Shown: in pieces, positions 6,727 to 13,718 of the stretch
Position numbering within the stretch: the stretch's first letter is position 1
Layout: each line of letters begins with the position of its first letter
Source of the DNA: an uncultured Legionella sp.
Lineage (GTDB): Bacteria > Pseudomonadota > Gammaproteobacteria > Legionellales > Legionellaceae
Reading direction: 5' to 3'
DNA: 64,000 bases
NCBI GenBank assembly: GCA_964576655.1
Contig: CAZNVR010000001.1
Location: forward strand, 26,637 to 90,636
The notes under the pieces: generated by a model
What the model was told of the DNA's origin: nothing
Seen by the model: the letters and a program-made list of their open reading frames with translations, nothing else
Databases searched by the model: none
Translations under genes and position numbers: made by a program

Positions 6727-7221
6727 TTATTTTGTATTAATGTTAGAATGTTTTGCACAACAACATTTTTTATGTAGATCCTCTAATAATTTTTTATTTT
6801 CATAAATATTTCCTACTACGTAAAAACATTTATTTGCAAAAGGATATTGATCAGTAGTCAATGTATAGATGTTTTTTTGATTTTCATATGTATAGAGTGT
6901 TGAATCTTCTATAACATACCATCCATTTCCCGATACATTATCGCCATCGTTTTCACCATTATCATATATTCCAAATTTAACTTCGCATAATGAATAGCCA
7001 GTAGGATAATCATAACGAAGTATATCACCCTCATAAATTTCTTGACCATTTGAATCATATGAATTAGTTGATTGCATCACAATCATATCTGCTATATTTG
7101 GATGGCTTTTTTTATCAATATAAAAAGTCCAATGAAAATCGTATATTGTAAATGATGTCATTATAGATAATGACGGATTATCTACAGTTGGACCCCATCC
7201 TCTAAAATTGATGTCTTTCAT
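6727..7221 (-). CDS. YopX-family protein
   Basis: 164 aa. Motifs INFRGW, NGQEIYEGDIL and C-terminal VVGNIYEN are typical of the YopX domain. Confidence 0.6.
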   Translation of the reverse strand: MKDINFRGWGPTVDNPSLSIMTSFTIYDFHWTFYIDKKSHPNIADMIVMQSTNSYDSNGQEIYEGDILRYDYPTGYSLCEVKFGIYDNGENDGDNVSGNGWYVIEDSTLYTYENQKNIYTLTTDQYPFANKCFYVVGNIYENKKLLEDLHKKCCCAKHSNINTK

Positions 7222-7236
7222 ATTGGATTTTCCTCT

Positions 7237-7434
7237 CTAAATATAAAATAAAATATCAAGTGAACAAATTTCTTTCATATCATTACATATTATACGAGCA
7301 ACGGATATTTGATGATGAGGATTTAAAAATTTATATAATTCACCTCGTTTAATTGCTTGTTTCATTCCTTTGCACTTAATATATGGCTTATTATTAAATA
7401 AAATCATGTAATGCATATTGTGCGTGTGCCTCAA
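7237..7434 (-). CDS. hypothetical protein (start uncertain; ATG 7416 or 7407 possible)
   Basis: 65 aa ORF that overlaps the 3' end of ORF 7394-7573. Confidence 0.45.
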   Translation of the reverse strand: MRHTHNMHYMILFNNKPYIKCKGMKQAIKRGELYKFLNPHHQISVARIICNDMKEICSLDILFYI

Positions 7435-7573
7435 GATAGTTCACAGCTTCGCGATACGTCAAAAATATATTGAGAAGTTTCATACCATTGGTGACGTAAT
7501 ATTGATCATCTTTTTTATAAATATAGAATTTCGTAGTCTTTTTGCTGTCTATATAGAGTAGGTTATAATTCAT
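7394..7573 (-). CDS. hypothetical protein (59 aa), below ORF-track cutoff
   Basis: A strong SD (AGGAGGAAACGAT-ATG) precedes MNYNLLYIDSKKTTKFYIYKKDDQYYVTNGMKLLNIFLTYREAVNYLEAHAQYALHDFI*. Confidence 0.6.
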   Translation of the reverse strand: MNYNLLYIDSKKTTKFYIYKKDDQYYVTNGMKLLNIFLTYREAVNYLEAHAQYALHDFI

Positions 7574-7588
7574 ATCGTTTCCTCCTAA

Positions 7589-7819
7589 TTAAAAATCATC
7601 TGGAAAGTTGCTCTGTTCTCTTGAAAAATCTTCGCAACCATTGTGATCCTGATAATCTTGTTCAGCGGCTCCTCGTTCTTCTTGTTCAACCTCAAAAATT
7701 AATTGTTTAATGTTGTTTCTTGCTGCTTCCCAAAAGCTTTGCTCCCTACAATATGGTCCACTAAGTTTTTTATTGATTTGTTCAAGATCTTTAAGTAGTT
7801 GTTTTGTCGTTATCTTCAT
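7589..7819 (-). CDS. small acidic protein, first gene after conserved cassette copy 1
   Basis: 76 aa with a C-terminal half rich in D/E (EQEERGAAEQDYQDHNGCEDFSREQSNFPDDF). The ATG lies 6 nt after TACTAT. Confidence 0.6.
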   Translation of the reverse strand: MKITTKQLLKDLEQINKKLSGPYCREQSFWEAARNNIKQLIFEVEQEERGAAEQDYQDHNGCEDFSREQSNFPDDF

Positions 7820-7824
7820 AAGAC

Positions 7825-7910
7825 TATAGTACTATATCGCCTTTGAGATGTATACAAAATAATGGAATTAAATTGATATTAAATAACTATATGATTTGAT
7901 TAATTATTTT
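7825..7910 (-). promoter_or_regulatory. conserved promoter/regulatory cassette, copy 1
   Basis: Minus strand reads ..ATCAAATCATATAGTT..AATTCCATTATTTTGTATACATCTCAAAGGCGATATAGTACTAT. Same architecture as copies at 16884, 17322, 21846, 27811 and 61204. Confidence 0.6.
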
Positions 7911-7979
7911 TAACAATGAGCAGTATTAGAAACGGCTAAAGTTAAGAAAAAGAGAAATAATAGAACTGATATTGAAATT

Positions 7980-8519
7980 CTAATCGTTTGTAGATGTGTC
8001 ATGATGATCGATTGGCTCCCATTCCTTGGTTTTCATAATCTCTTGAACTTGATCAAATGAAATTGGTCTATAATCATTGACATCTATACCAACATCATGC
8101 TGTCGTAAATTTGGAAGTATCTCTAATGTACCATGACTATGGCCATGGAGATTCCAACTTCCATGATGTGAGTTGCGCCAAGTTCTCATCGCATAATGAC
8201 ATAAAACTATTAATTGTTTTTGATACTTAAGTTCATAATAGTCTTTAACCCATTCAAAGCGTTCAGCATAGATTTGTTTATCGTGATTTCCTTTAACTAA
8301 GTAGATCCGACCTTTTAAAGAATCAAGAATATCTTTTGTGGTGTTATATGATCCTAAAGCAAAATCACCTAAATGATATATTTCATCAGTTAAGCTGACT
8401 GTATCATTCCATCGTTTTACAAGTTCTTCATTCATCTCTTGAACAGAAGCAAATGGACGATTGCAATATTTTATAACATTGGCATGATTAAAATGCGTAT
8501 CGGCAGTAAAGAAAATCAT
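7980..8519 (-). CDS. calcineurin-like metallophosphoesterase
   Basis: 179 aa. Motifs DTHFNH, HLGDF, VKGNHD, LCHY and HGHSHG appear in the canonical order. Confidence 0.8.
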   Translation of the reverse strand: MIFFTADTHFNHANVIKYCNRPFASVQEMNEELVKRWNDTVSLTDEIYHLGDFALGSYNTTKDILDSLKGRIYLVKGNHDKQIYAERFEWVKDYYELKYQKQLIVLCHYAMRTWRNSHHGSWNLHGHSHGTLEILPNLRQHDVGIDVNDYRPISFDQVQEIMKTKEWEPIDHHDTSTND

Positions 8520-8911
8520 TTTGTGACTTTCTTATCAGATTTGTAGATTGTAGTAAGTTTCTTTTTCATTATAGTGATTAGTGATGGATTTCTATATTCA
8601 TAATTATCTGGTACATCAAGATTTAAAATTTTTCCTTTATAACCACGATCTTGTAATTGCTCAACTTGTTGTAAACTCATACACACTACTTCATCAGCCC
8701 ATTCTAAAAGTATATTATCAACTGGAATTAATGCATAAGATTCAAGTCCAGCTGCACGTGTATTAAAATTAAATGGTGATTTTGATAATATCAGAGCTGC
8801 AGTAGGAGAACGCAATAATCCAGCTGAACAGACACATAAGACCTTGCGAAATGCTCCTTGATTTGGATTTTTTACGTTCCATAGTCTATTCATATCGATT
8901 TCATCTGTCAT
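8516..8911 (-). CDS. low-molecular-weight phosphotyrosine phosphatase / ArsC-family phosphatase
   Basis: 131 aa. VLCVCSAGLLRSP is a C-X5-R-S P-loop, and the downstream DVPDNY is a general-acid-like motif. 4-nt overlap with the metallophosphoesterase gene. Confidence 0.65.
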   Translation of the reverse strand: MTDEIDMNRLWNVKNPNQGAFRKVLCVCSAGLLRSPTAALILSKSPFNFNTRAAGLESYALIPVDNILLEWADEVVCMSLQQVEQLQDRGYKGKILNLDVPDNYEYRNPSLITIMKKKLTTIYKSDKKVTK

Positions 8912-9693
8912 TATACACTCCTAGTTGGATATGATCCATTTAAAGCATTATGAGCAATTTCTTTTGTTTTATCAGCAAAGTTACCTTTTAAGATCCATTG
9001 TAAATACCCTGCATCATTTTGGCTCATATCTTGCAGCGTTCTACCTAAATGTTTCCCGAATGATATTACTGCATTGTCACCACGCCAAATAAATTTTCCT
9101 TCATCATCAACATACTCTTTCGGCTTCTCATGACAATAGTCGTGAAGACGTGTAACTGTAGGCGATGAACCTAAACTATAGTAGTCAATTTGCGTCTTTA
9201 AGATGTCACTCGTGGCTTTCACATCTTCTAAAGCATTATGTGCACCATAATGATCTCTCTTTAAATAGAATCTGACAGCAGATGGAAGATCTCGCTTCTC
9301 ATTCTTATGATATATCGTCATAACATCAATGACTTTACGGCCTTGCATAAAATCTTCGTAACCTGCTCTTTTAAATTCATTCACTAATAAGGGAATATCG
9401 AAGCGCTCAATATTAAACCCACATAGATCGCTACCTTCAAATATCGACCATAAAGATGGTGCTAAAGTTGCAAACGTAGGTTTACCAACTAGTTGCTCAT
9501 CTTTTATTCCATGAACAGCAATTGCATCAGAATCAATTGGCATTTCAGGATTAAGGAAACAATCGAATTCTTCTGTAACGCCATTAATATCAACGCGAAC
9601 TAAAGCAATTTGAATGATTCGATCCTTCTCAACATTGATACCTGTAGTTTCAAGATCAAAAAATATCAACGGTTTATCTAAAACTAACGACAT
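8911..9693 (-). CDS. DEDD-family 3'-5' exonuclease (DnaQ/epsilon-like) with C-terminal DUF3820-like domain
   Basis: 260 aa. Exo I is FFDLETTG and Exo III is HNALEDV. The C-terminal FGKHLGRTLQDMSQNDAGYLQWIL motif is also present. Confidence 0.8.
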   Translation of the reverse strand: MSLVLDKPLIFFDLETTGINVEKDRIIQIALVRVDINGVTEEFDCFLNPEMPIDSDAIAVHGIKDEQLVGKPTFATLAPSLWSIFEGSDLCGFNIERFDIPLLVNEFKRAGYEDFMQGRKVIDVMTIYHKNEKRDLPSAVRFYLKRDHYGAHNALEDVKATSDILKTQIDYYSLGSSPTVTRLHDYCHEKPKEYVDDEGKFIWRGDNAVISFGKHLGRTLQDMSQNDAGYLQWILKGNFADKTKEIAHNALNGSYPTRSV

Positions 9694-9702
9694 ATATTAC
9701 TC

Positions 9703-9966
9703 CTAATTATATGATCCATTATAATCATCATAACATCCAATGCTATATTCAGCACATTCAGCTAACAATTCATCTAATAATTGAATCATTAATGGTCCAT
9801 CATCTTCGTTTATGGTAATTTCATCTAATCTACGAACCCAATGATTTAAGAATTGTTCTTTATCAAAGATTTTTACTGGCGAATGGCGATGATTTTCGCA
9901 TGAATCTATAAGTTCCTCTTCATCGAGTTCAATGATAAGTTTACCATCTTGTCTATATGTCAACAT
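9703..9966 (-). CDS. hypothetical protein
   Basis: 87 aa, acidic. No motif recognised. Confidence 0.6.
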   Translation of the reverse strand: MLTYRQDGKLIIELDEEELIDSCENHRHSPVKIFDKEQFLNHWVRRLDEITINEDDGPLMIQLLDELLAECAEYSIGCYDDYNGSYN

Positions 9967-9975
9967 ATCAGATAC

Positions 9976-10137
9976 CTATATATCAAAGTCATCCGTGGAT
10001 ATTATACAAGGAGCGGGGAATATATTATCCAATACATCGGAAATATCTGGCAACTTCATTTCATCACAGTCACAATAGAATCCTGTAAACAAAATCTTTT
10101 GTTCTCGACCGCATTTTTGACATCTTTCGGGTCCCAT
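9976..10137 (-). CDS. small Cys-rich protein (53 aa), below ORF-track cutoff
   Basis: MGPERCQKCGREQKILFTGFYCDCDEMKLPDISDVLDNIFPAPCIISTDDFDI*. It has CxxC..CxC and starts 3 nt after the ligase stop. Confidence 0.5.
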   Translation of the reverse strand: MGPERCQKCGREQKILFTGFYCDCDEMKLPDISDVLDNIFPAPCIISTDDFDI

Positions 10138-10140
10138 TTT

Positions 10141-11094
10141 TTATCTTTCTAAATATGCATTACTAACAATCTTAAGTTGGAGTCTACCGACTTCGTATTC
10201 ATATCGCTCAATAGTAGGTCTAATCACAATTCCTTCTCGTATCTGATTCTCATATAATTCTGTCTTTCCTTCGGCTAAATCTTTGATTTTGAGCTCACTA
10301 TATGGCCCACGGTATATGAGTGGACAGAACTGCATACCTTGACCCATCGACTGCATTTCATCATAACTGAGCCATCTGCCATGATCGTAGACGTCAAAGA
10401 CTCTAATATCAGGTTCGGAACGCCCATATCTAAGGTCTTGCACAGGTCCGAACACTTCTCCATAGACTGCAAGTCCTTCGTGCGCCTGAAGCCAAGTCGA
10501 TAACCATGGACAATTCTTTAAAGCATTCCACCACATATTATTATCGGCTTCTTTAACCCATCGAGTGCGTGATCCACAATGCATCTGTCCGTTAACAAAA
10601 ACGAATCGACCATTTGCTCCATGGACCTTCTCTGTTGCGACGATCTCTTCATTCTCTTGGAATAAATGTCCATATCTATGCCATGATTCAACGTCATAAA
10701 TTGGATAAACGCCTTCTGGTGCATTGGCTTCTTCAGCGAATGAACTAATGCCTCGAATAGGTGGATCATATCGTGTGATACCAATTATCGGTGCCGCATC
10801 ATCTCCTTCTTTTAATCCTTCAGGTGATGGTATCAATAATCCTTGAGAATATACACCCCTAAAACGACGAACTTTAATTCGTTTGCTATCTTTCAGGAAG
10901 TCGAATTGTGGAGTATCTGGTACAACGCTGTCTGGCTGTATATAAACCGCAAGATCTCCTTCGTGCCAATCAGCTAGGCGAACACAGATTGTAAAATTCC
11001 ATATCTTAACAATACCTAAGGTATCGGCATTTGGATGTTTTTCGATTGCTCCAAGTTGAACAACGTCAGCTCTATGGGTTGATTTTGTTTCCAT
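10141..11094 (-). CDS. RNA ligase, Rnl2/DraRnl(Rnl5)-like: N-terminal OB-like domain plus adenylyltransferase domain
   Basis: 317 aa. Motif I is EKVHGANGRF (T4 Rnl2 has EKIHGTNFS). VYGEVFGPVQD matches VFGEFAGPGIQ. The N-terminal 110 aa resemble the OB module of DRB0094-type ligases. Confidence 0.7.
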   Translation of the reverse strand: METKSTHRADVVQLGAIEKHPNADTLGIVKIWNFTICVRLADWHEGDLAVYIQPDSVVPDTPQFDFLKDSKRIKVRRFRGVYSQGLLIPSPEGLKEGDDAAPIIGITRYDPPIRGISSFAEEANAPEGVYPIYDVESWHRYGHLFQENEEIVATEKVHGANGRFVFVNGQMHCGSRTRWVKEADNNMWWNALKNCPWLSTWLQAHEGLAVYGEVFGPVQDLRYGRSEPDIRVFDVYDHGRWLSYDEMQSMGQGMQFCPLIYRGPYSELKIKDLAEGKTELYENQIREGIVIRPTIERYEYEVGRLQLKIVSNAYLER

Positions 11095-11106
11095 TCTAAT
11101 TCCATT

Positions 11107-11304
11107 CTAATTCTCAATGATAGGATCTAAACGATTTGATACGTATAGCTGATAAGCTTTGATGAGTTCTTGCATCGCACAATCGAAGTCAATCTTACTC
11201 ATTGATTTTCTCACTTTTGATTGTTGATAAGTATTATATGCATGAATTGTATACGCCACGTTAGCTATTAACTTTTTAATATCATCAGTCATATCGTTCT
11301 TCAT
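11107..11304 (-). CDS. hypothetical protein; ATG lies 1 nt after the tRNA 3' end
   Basis: 65 aa, helical-looking. There is no room for an SD between the tRNA and the ATG. Confidence 0.55.
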   Translation of the reverse strand: MKNDMTDDIKKLIANVAYTIHAYNTYQQSKVRKSMSKIDFDCAMQELIKAYQLYVSNRLDPIIEN

Positions 11305-11305
11305 G

Positions 11306-11378
11306 AGCTAGCGGTAGGACTCGAACCTACAACCTCCGCATTACAAATGCGGAGCTCTGCCAATTGAGCTACGCTAGC
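11306..11378 (-). tRNA. tRNA-Thr(UGU): tRNA-Thr (anticodon UGU), no encoded CCA
   Basis: Hand-folded cloverleaf: GCTAGCG-TA-GCTC-AATTGGCA-GAGC-T-CCGCA-TTTGTAA-TGCGG-AGGTT-GTAGG-TTCGAGT-CCTAC-CGCTAGC-T. All four stems are perfect. Confidence 0.9.
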
Positions 11379-11386
11379 ATGTAGGT

Positions 11387-11554
11387 TTAACTACAAAGAT
11401 CATCGCGCGTCATACATACGCAATTTGGTAATTCATTACGTGAATCAATATCGGTAAATGTTTTCATCCCATATGGACACGAACGGCTACATTCTGTCGC
11501 TGAAGTACAACCTATCGATACTAATGATAATATCAATAATAAAAGATATTTCAT
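11387..11554 (-). CDS. small lipoprotein (55 aa), below ORF-track cutoff
   Basis: An AAGGAG SD precedes MKYLLLLILSLVSIGC-TSATECSRSCPYGMKTF..CVCMTRDDLCS*. It has a lipobox (SIGC) and a Cys-rich mature part. Confidence 0.6.
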   Translation of the reverse strand: MKYLLLLILSLVSIGCTSATECSRSCPYGMKTFTDIDSRNELPNCVCMTRDDLCS

Positions 11555-11569
11555 TTATTCTCCTTTAGA

Positions 11570-12052
11570 TTATTTATTCACCTTATGTCTACTAATATAC
11601 CGTTTAAGTTCATCGAAATTCTTAAAAACCATGTTGCCTTTCATCTTTGATACCGTCAAGGGCCAACCACTAAGTTTCCTAGATGTTACGATATAGCATG
11701 GAATGTCATGATAACCAGCAAAGGTAAGTTCTGAAACTGTTCCAGTTGAGTACTTGGTAAAATAGCAGATGATAAAACTGGTTCGGTACTTGATTTGATT
11801 CAAGTCATTCAACATTATCTCAACTTGAAGTGGGATAGGAAACTTGTCCCATTGATGTGGTTTAATCTTACTTAAGTCGTACTTTTGATGAAACTCTACT
11901 TCATCTACACAGGGATCGAAGCATTGTAAATCGTATTTCGCCAACCATTTACGCAACATCTTGCGCCATTGAGCTCCAAATGTCTTCATTCCTGACATTG
12001 AACCAGCCAAGTAAATTACCTTCTTATTTTTGAATATCATGGATATTAGCAA
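11570..12052 (-). CDS. nucleoside 2-deoxyribosyltransferase-like superfamily protein (start uncertain: TTG 12052 or ATG 12040)
   Basis: The N-terminal KKVIYLAGSMSG..W...L......FDP pattern is typical of the N-deoxyribosyltransferase/DUF4406 fold. Confidence 0.4.
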   Translation of the reverse strand: MLISMIFKNKKVIYLAGSMSGMKTFGAQWRKMLRKWLAKYDLQCFDPCVDEVEFHQKYDLSKIKPHQWDKFPIPLQVEIMLNDLNQIKYRTSFIICYFTKYSTGTVSELTFAGYHDIPCYIVTSRKLSGWPLTVSKMKGNMVFKNFDELKRYISRHKVNK

Positions 12053-12069
12053 TATCCTTTGTAAGGATA

Positions 12070-12381
12070 CTACTCTCCTATTTTAGTATTAGTTAAGTCT
12101 TCTGGACTTAACTTATTTTCATCTATTAAGGTCTGATAAACATCACCATTTTCAATGATTTTTTTATCCTCATACGGTGCTGCGATGCGACGATAGAACT
12201 CAAGTTTAGCAGATTCTAATGCACCAACCACATCATTGACTCCAATGTACTTTAAGCCTTTATAACGTAAGTATTTAATGACTGTTAGTGTAACAAGATA
12301 ATTTAATTGACCAGGATCTGCTGGACTATTATTTTCGTGATAGGCGATGTAGGTTTTTAGTTCTTTTGTTAGATACGGCAT
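12070..12381 (-). CDS. hypothetical protein (GQLNYLVT motif)
   Basis: 103 aa with a strong SD (AAAAGGAGCAATA-ATG). Overlaps the upstream ORF by 53 nt. Confidence 0.6.
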   Translation of the reverse strand: MPYLTKELKTYIAYHENNSPADPGQLNYLVTLTVIKYLRYKGLKYIGVNDVVGALESAKLEFYRRIAAPYEDKKIIENGDVYQTLIDENKLSPEDLTNTKIGE

Positions 12382-12712
12382 TATTGCTCCTTTTTATTGT
12401 TGACCATCGATCATCAAGATTTTGATGAGTCTTTGTATGCTCCAATAAAAAAGAAATGTCGCACATTGCATGCGATAAGTGGAGCAATTTACTTTCAGGA
12501 TCATGATCTTCACCATCCCAAAATGCTGTTAAGTGACGTTGAATAGCTGCATAGGTACGTGACCATTTGACACCATTTCGCCAATTATGGTCATTGTACT
12601 TCAAAGATCCAAAACCTAATACATCAGCCATACATTGTAATGGGTAGATAGGAATTAAATCCATGCGTCTTTTTTGATGATCTTTTTTAATGCCTTCTTT
12701 TTGATTCTTCAT
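12329..12712 (-). CDS. DUF5664-like protein (N-terminal domain of dATP/dGTP diphosphohydrolases)
   Basis: RMDLIPIYPLQCMADVLGFGSLKYNDHNWRNG..AAIQRHLTAFWDGEDHDPESKLLHLSHAMCDISFLLE matches my recollection of the R.DL.P..KY...NW..G..RH...W..GE..D.ESG..HL.H pattern. Confidence 0.5.
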   Translation of the reverse strand: MKNQKEGIKKDHQKRRMDLIPIYPLQCMADVLGFGSLKYNDHNWRNGVKWSRTYAAIQRHLTAFWDGEDHDPESKLLHLSHAMCDISFLLEHTKTHQNLDDRWSTIKRSNNAVSNKRTKNLHRLSRK

Positions 12713-12981
12713 AAAGGCTGAACACTTAAGTTTCGAACATTTATATCTATTACATTGAGTTCGGCTTTAAGTTTAAGAAGTTCTTTACGTAATGAAATGC
12801 GTTGCGTAAATTTTGTATGAGATTTTGAGGGTGGATTATATTGGACGCATTCCATCTTTGCAAATGGCGTATGGAAGTCACATGTAATCATATCTTTAGC
12901 TGGTTTTTCATCCCATACACTGTAAAGTTCTCGTGTACGTTGGCATTTAGGGCATTTATAAATGTGTGATAACATTGTCAC
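12709..12981 (-). CDS. zinc-ribbon protein (FmdB-like YKCPKC start)
   Basis: 90 aa with HIYKCPKC...CDFH. Confidence 0.5.
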   Translation of the reverse strand: MTMLSHIYKCPKCQRTRELYSVWDEKPAKDMITCDFHTPFAKMECVQYNPPSKSHTKFTQRISLRKELLKLKAELNVIDINVRNLSVQPL

Positions 12982-12985
12982 TCCT

Positions 12986-13282
12986 TTATTTTATAGGTTG
13001 AAAATTAAACTTATCACAACCTAATGCTGTATTATCCTTACTGCCCCAATTCGGGGGTAATTTAACGCCGCACCATTTCTCTACTTTCTTCTTATACAGC
13101 GCTTCAAGAGCTGATTGTAACTCTTTTGCTTGCTCAAATGTTCGAACCTTATAATTGATCTTAACGCTATAATAAGACATCGCAGGATCTTTGGTATCAA
13201 TTTTAGATTTTTTCTTATCCATCTTAGTTTTTAAAATCTTGTCTTTAATGTTTATCGTATCTTTAGATGATTTTTGTTTCAT
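12986..13282 (-). CDS. hypothetical lysine-rich protein
   Basis: 98 aa. The N-terminal 35 aa are very K-rich. Confidence 0.55.
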   Translation of the reverse strand: MKQKSSKDTINIKDKILKTKMDKKKSKIDTKDPAMSYYSVKINYKVRTFEQAKELQSALEALYKKKVEKWCGVKLPPNWGSKDNTALGCDKFNFQPIK

Positions 13283-13490
13283 ATCCTAATACCTCTCCAG
13301 TAAATTGATATTGTGTATTTTTTGGTAAATATTTGGTGCATTCAGTATGTTCCTCTGCAAAATTCATTAAGTCAATCTGCATTGCTTGCTGAACAGCAGT
13401 GGGATCTTTAGGATCTATACCATACCATTCATCTAACTTTTGATCATCAAGGTCATATTCTAAGTACATTGCAAGACGAATTCGAGCCAT
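13263..13490 (-). CDS. hypothetical protein
   Basis: 75 aa. First ORF downstream of island B and of a CTAGTATAAT element. Confidence 0.6.
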   Translation of the reverse strand: MARIRLAMYLEYDLDDQKLDEWYGIDPKDPTAVQQAMQIDLMNFAEEHTECTKYLPKNTQYQFTGEVLGYETKII

Positions 13491-13510
13491 AATATGTATC
13501 CTATCTTTTT

Positions 13511-13520
13511 ATTATACTAG
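13511..13520 (-). promoter_or_regulatory. -10-like element CTAGTATAAT upstream of ORF 13263-13490
   Basis: Minus strand reads GGTCCACCTAGTATAATAAAAAGATAGGATACATATT-ATG. Confidence 0.35.
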
Positions 13521-13718
13521 GTGGACCGAATCACAGGCTAGCAGATGATTCGGTCCGTTTGGCAACCTAGTTTGACTGGCGCAATCAGGTCAAAGCTTCT
13601 ATATGCTGATTCTTTGACGGTACGAATTACTGGCAGTATACTCAGTTAAGTTCCCGTATACTGCATTGCATATACCTAACCCCTCTCCCCTAACTAGATC
13701 GCTGATTGCCTGATAGCT
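13521..13718 (-). ncRNA. candidate structured RNA (GC-rich island B), class unknown
   Basis: ORF-free, about 47% G+C by hand count. It has an 11-bp hairpin (13523-13556), an 8-bp hairpin (13634-13663) and mutually exclusive pairings of TTTGAC/GTCAAAG/CTTTGAC segments. Strand is inferred from context. Confidence 0.45.
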
